A stretch of DNA of 64,000 nt from an uncultured Lentisphaerales bacterium (GTDB lineage Bacteria; Verrucomicrobiota; Lentisphaeria; JABSQK01; UBA12247): positions 40,784 to 104,783 of the forward strand of contig CALSSJ010000013.1 of the NCBI GenBank assembly GCA_943788985.1, given 5' to 3'. A program made the translations under genes and the position numbers. The notes under the pieces were generated by a model. That model saw nothing but the letters and a program-made list of their open reading frames with translations. It searched no databases and was not told where the DNA came from. This document shows, one piece after another, positions 59,634 through 64,000 of the stretch (the stretch's first letter is position 1; each line of letters starts with the position of its first letter).

Positions 59634-60453
59634 CTAGAGGACGACGGCCGGGAAGCGAAGCCAGGTAGGCTCGGGGAGACACGCCGATGACGCTGCGGAA
59701 AAGACGGGAAAAGTTTTCCGAGGTCGTAGTAGCCGCGACCCGTATGCAACAGACTTGATGGATTGCCCGATCTCCAACTCGCGGGCGATCGTAAGCATGC
59801 GACAGCGCTGCAGAAAAGCTGCTGGCGTACTCTCCAAGCTCTCTCGAAAGCGAGCGCGAAAATGGCTATAGCTAATGCCGAGGTCACGAGCCAAGTGGGG
59901 GTAATACCAGTTCCGAAAAGGCTCTGCTCTGATCTGCGCCGCCAGTACATTAAGTTGGTCGTGCAAGCCATCGCGACGGTCAGCTCGGAGGCGAGTGCTC
60001 TGCGCGATCCAGAGCAGGCGCTCAAGCAGCAATACGCATTCTGCGTGGTCGGGCGGGGTTTCCATGCACCACCAGTCGGGCGAAACGGTCAAAGAGGTCG
60101 GCAGCGGGCTGCTTCTGAAGCAGTCGCACGGCTGGGCAGGGCAACTCTGGCATCAAGCCGCCGGCGATCAGGCGGTCACAGCGTGCCCCGCTGAAAGCGA
60201 CCCAGGAGTGGATCCAAGGCGCATCGCCAATAGACCAGTAGCGCCAGTGTGGCTGCGGGGCCAGGGTCCAATAGATCGCGGGTGCCTCCAGACGAGTCAG
60301 CGGTTGCTCGTCGCGGCCAAACTCAATGGCGCCGCTGTACAGAAAATTGATCACCCAAAGACCGCCCAGCTGATGGTCTACCACAGCATCACAGGCATAG
60401 GCCGTGTGGGCGCTGACAAAACTCAGGTCATCGAAATAAGACAGGACATCCAT
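59634..60453 (-). CDS. AraC-family regulator (frameshifted near 60070 and 59745)
   Basis: Cupin-like N-terminus (WIHSWVAFSG); LARDLGISYSHFRARFRE..TPAAFL; SIKSVAY. Confidence 0.8.
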
Positions 60454-60553
60454 GAAGCAAATATGACAAGCTAAAGTCAATTGTGAGAATTTCAGGTTAA
60501 GACTACCCACCGCTATCATATAGCAAGCAGAACAATTATCCTAGGAAGAACCG

Positions 60554-61310
60554 ATGAAAATACCAGAAAACGCCCCTGCTCCAGTATCGCGAGGAAGGGT
60601 ATACCATTATCGGCCGCGTACTGGATGACGCCTTGCTCGCAGCCATGCGCGAGGAAGAAGCACGGTTTCGTAATTTTGAGCCCTACGAGCCCCACACCAC
60701 CATCTTCCGCAGCCAGCTGACGGCCTACTCGTCGGTCATTCGGCAGGTTGTCACCTCGCCAGCTCTGGTGAGCGCTGCCACCCAGCTGGTCGGCCCAAAT
60801 CTATCCCTTTGGTTTAACCAGTTCGTCACCAAAATGCCCGACGGCGATGCAGGAAAAAGCGCCTTCCCCTGGCATCAAGACAATGGCTATGCGTCCCTCG
60901 AGCCGGCCACCAACGTCACATTCTGGATTGCCTTGGATGATGTGGATACCGAGAACGGTTGCGTTTGGGTGCAGCCGGGCAGCCACAAGTTGGGGCTCCT
61001 AGATCACCGCCGTGCCAATACTGACAATTGGCATCTCACGCTGGATGTAGAGGGTGATGGTCTGCCAGCTGTGCTCAAGGCAGGCGAAGCGGTCGCCTTT
61101 ACTGGGCTGACTCTACACCGTTCCAAGCTCAATCACAGCCAACTGCCGCGGCGCGGCTTTTTTATCGAGTATGCCGATCCCGCAGCGACCTACTACCGCC
61201 AGCAGGATCCCAATCAAACAGAACCAACGCCCATCAGCCAAGAACCTCAAACCTGGCTCGTTGCCGGTCAACTCCCCTGGCCCAAAAGCAAAGCTACCCA
61301 CGAAAACTAA
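60554..61310 (+). CDS. Phytanoyl-CoA dioxygenase family protein (frameshift near 60575)
   Basis: QYREEGY, FPWHQD, WIALDD..ENGC..PGSH, TLHRS; divergent from the AraC gene. Confidence 0.88.
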
Positions 61311-61920
61311 GCTCCAGGTATCCCTGATGTGCGCTCACACAAGCCCTGCTGGCCTCGCAACCCACCATGACATGTGCATTTGAGGCCAAGTGCCGATACC
61401 GATGAGGGGAAGAGCGCACTACCGGTAGCAGGCCAGCTGGCCGACTTGGGTGGCACCGTCTCCAGCCAGGTCGCCTCATCAAAACCTAGGTCATGCCGGT
61501 GCCGCGCTCCGGTGGCATCGTGCTGCTCAAGCAGTAGGATCGAATCGATATGGCGTGGCATCTTCCTCGCCCCCGTTAGCCCGACGTTCGATCTAGGCGA
61601 TGGCTCGAGTTCTATACGTAAATCACGTGTATATCAAAAAAAATGCGTCGCGTGCTTCGTCTGATGATCGTAGATTAAGGTGCCGCCAGCCCGTTGCACC
61701 TCGACCACGCTGCGCTTTGCATCTCTTGCGTTCAAGAATACGGCCCAAAACTCCTTGTCAACCTGGAGCTTATTGCTCGCTACTTGGACTGAGCCAATCC
61801 ACGCTCCGCGTGAACTCATGATCAACTACCGGTGCAGATTCTCGCCATCCTATGCGCGGCGTCCGAAAAGAGATTTCCGATCAGTATTTTTCTCTTGGGT
61901 GGCACAAAATCAGGCTGGCC

Positions 61921-61945
61921 GCGAGTCGGGAAATCCCCGGCTCGC
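61921..61945 (-). terminator. Hairpin downstream of the porin gene
   Basis: GCGAGTCGGG-AAAT-CCCCGGCTCGC, 20 nt after the porin stop codon. Confidence 0.45.
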
Positions 61946-61965
61946 ACCCAGCAACGGTAGCTGGT

Positions 61966-63255
61966 TCAGAACTTGTATTTGAGGTCCAACTGATAATACT
62001 TGGCATCGCGGGAAGGCCCTTCGATGCGATCGTAGAACATGCTGTTCAAGCCCAGTTCCACAGAGTTGAGCAGCTTGTAGCCGATGTAGACGGTGTGCCC
62101 TTCGACATTGGTGTTGCCGCTGGCCCCGACGCCACTGCCGAAATCGCTGTCGGTCAGACTGCCGATTACGGAATCTGCCTCAATATGACGGTAGGCATAT
62201 TTCAGTTTGAACTTAGCGATGCCAGCTTGGGCGCCGATGGTCCAGGCAAGGTCATTGTCATCCGCCTGCTCGCCAGCGACGAGGCTGGCGCCGTCGGCAC
62301 CGAAGTTCAGTGCGGCATGGCCGAAGACTTTCAGATCTACGTCACCAAGATCGGTGTTCAGCCAAGCATAGAGGTCGCCCACCTGCGCATCGTACTCATC
62401 ACTTGCAGCGACAGAGAGATGCGTGTCCACAGCCTCGTTTCCAGCCATGTAACCAAGAGCAGCGCCCCAGCTGGCATCTTCGCTTTCGGCCTCGAAGCCG
62501 ACCTGGCCAGCGACAATCAGAGCATCGTCGTTGTAGTCCTGTCCGCTACCGGTGCTGTCGCCGCGATGGGCATCGAACCAAGCGAGGGTGGCGAACATGC
62601 CGTCGTTATCGTAGCCGACAGCTGCACCGACCGGACGAATGTCACCGTCCCAGACCAGATTGGTGGTTTTGAAGGGGTTCTTCATCTGACCAACGGTAAG
62701 GGAGAGTTGGTCCCAGGAGTGAGTCGCATACGCGTAATCCAGAAAGATATCGAGCGAGGAGAAGGTGCCGCTGTTATTCAAGGTCTGGTTCGCGCTGTCA
62801 TGGTCATCGCTGCCGACTTCCAAGCCGAGTCCAAACTTCCAGTTTTCGGTCTTGTTGGTGTAGGTGCCGCCAAGACGAAGACGCAGACGAAGGCGCTCGC
62901 GGTTAGCGGCCTCATTGTCGCGATCGCGAACTTCGTAGCGGAAACGTGCGTCGTTCTTCAGCGCTAGCCCGTCGACATTCTTGCCAAATGTCAACAGCTC
63001 AGACTCTTTGAGCGCAGCCATCATTTCGCCCTCGAGGTTGTCCTGGCTCACCTCGAAATCCGCGGCCAGTGTCACCGATTCTTCCTGATGGTCGCGGAGT
63101 GCGCTGATTTCTTGCTGCTGTTGCTTTATCGTCTGTTGTTGCTGCTGGACGAGAGCCTCCAAGCGCGCAAGGCGAGCCTGAAAATCTGATTGGTTGGCTT
63201 GCCCGAGAATAGAGAAGGCGAGGCCCGTGATAAGATAGGTAAAGAGCTTACTCAT
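61966..63255 (-). CDS. Putative outer-membrane porin with N-terminal coiled coil
   Basis: Signal peptide; Q-rich coil; DARFRYE, RERLRLRLRLG, LDYAY, GQMKNPF, LVWDGD; C-terminal beta signal QLDLKYKF. Confidence 0.88.
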   Translation of the reverse strand: MSKLFTYLITGLAFSILGQANQSDFQARLARLEALVQQQQQTIKQQQQEISALRDHQEESVTLAADFEVSQDNLEGEMMAALKESELLTFGKNVDGLALKNDARFRYEVRDRDNEAANRERLRLRLRLGGTYTNKTENWKFGLGLEVGSDDHDSANQTLNNSGTFSSLDIFLDYAYATHSWDQLSLTVGQMKNPFKTTNLVWDGDIRPVGAAVGYDNDGMFATLAWFDAHRGDSTGSGQDYNDDALIVAGQVGFEAESEDASWGAALGYMAGNEAVDTHLSVAASDEYDAQVGDLYAWLNTDLGDVDLKVFGHAALNFGADGASLVAGEQADDNDLAWTIGAQAGIAKFKLKYAYRHIEADSVIGSLTDSDFGSGVGASGNTNVEGHTVYIGYKLLNSVELGLNSMFYDRIEGPSRDAKYYQLDLKYKF

Positions 63256-63481
63256 GATGATTCCGTAGTGTTTGAGTCAGTGAAATTGCAATGCACCGCC
63301 GCGAGTGGCTGCTGCTCCGGCTAGATAAATCGTCTTCCTTGCTGTGTGGGCTTGGTAAATCAGGGGGTACTTTGGGCGCATCTTTCGGAATTGCTCAGTA
63401 AGCTTCCCGCCCTAAACGCCTTCTTAATAAACGTTCGGTCAGCTAATCGGGCGTGGCGTGTGCCTTTCCTGCCTTGCGTCC

Positions 63482-63499
63482 TTAACACAACATTAACAC
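63482..63499 (+). promoter_or_regulatory. Pho-box-like direct repeat
   Basis: TTAACAC twice with 11-bp period, in the porin/sulfatase divergent intergenic region. Confidence 0.4.
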
Positions 63500-63610
63500 T
63501 GCGTGAGACACCGTGCCCTCACAACCTCCGCGGACCGAGTTCGATTTCGCTGGCGCGGCCACTACGTTCCGGGCTTTTAACATGTTACATCAGCAGGTAT
63601 GGGTAGATCA

Positions 63611-64000
63611 TTGAACCTCACGAAGACCATTATGGCGACGATCTTGTTGATTGTGTCTCCAAGCATCGCTTTCGGATCAAGTCAAAAGCCCAACATCGTC
63701 TACATCCTGGCGGATGACCTTGGCTACGGCGATGTGCAGTGCCTAAATCCGGATCGCGGGAAGATTCCGACGCCACACATGGATAAACTCGCAGCCGACG
63801 GGATGATTTTCACCGATGCGCACACGAGTTCATCGGTGTGCACGCCGAGTCGCTATGGCCTGCTCACTGGTCGGTATAACTGGCGCACAGGCCTACAACA
63901 GGGCGTACTGTGGGGCTACAGCGCCCCTCTGATTGCGCCGGATCGCTTAACCGTACCGGGCTTTTTGAAGCAGCACGGCTACAACACGGCTATCGTTGGC
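63611..64000 (+). CDS. Arylsulfatase (formylglycine-dependent), runs off the window
   Basis: PNIVYILADDLGYGD, TPHMD, CTPSRYGLLTGR. Confidence 0.95.
   Translation, partial: MNLTKTIMATILLIVSPSIAFGSSQKPNIVYILADDLGYGDVQCLNPDRGKIPTPHMDKLAADGMIFTDAHTSSSVCTPSRYGLLTGRYNWRTGLQQGVLWGYSAPLIAPDRLTVPGFLKQHGYNTAIVG

Noticed and set aside
61852..62967. 371-aa plus-strand ORF
   Set aside because: Antisense shadow of the porin with no recognisable motifs.
1..64000. tRNA, rRNA or riboswitch genes
   Set aside because: None recognised by eye in the intergenic regions; an Infernal/Rfam scan would be needed to exclude them.

Overview
64 kb of GC-rich bacterial chromosome, probably PVC superphylum (Lentisphaerae/Kiritimatiellae-like). 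This is inferred from the H-X9-DG pseudopilins, a PVC-type CxxCH protein and several sulfatases. The window appears to span the replication terminus: a 28-bp dif-like site (4865-4892) lies between hemA and the mutL operon, and GGGNAGGG (KOPS) octamers reverse orientation across it. Housekeeping genes include a trmH-like gene, ccsA-like/hemA, mutL, slyX, kdsB and a glycogen debranching enzyme. They are interleaved with accessory material: a type III PKS-methyltransferase-FAD monooxygenase cluster, an AraC/SSS transporter/FAD oxidoreductase catabolic locus, a pseudokinase-TPR-LRR protein, a 275-bp MITE, two IS1634 relics and many deleted gene fragments. The best candidate for an undescribed system is two unrelated secreted proteins that end in the same 8-residue tail (PGAVILLY / PGAIILVR), each upstream of a pseudopilin gene. 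Several single-base frameshifts in G/C homopolymers may be sequencing errors. All family assignments come from motif recognition by eye; no database searches were run.
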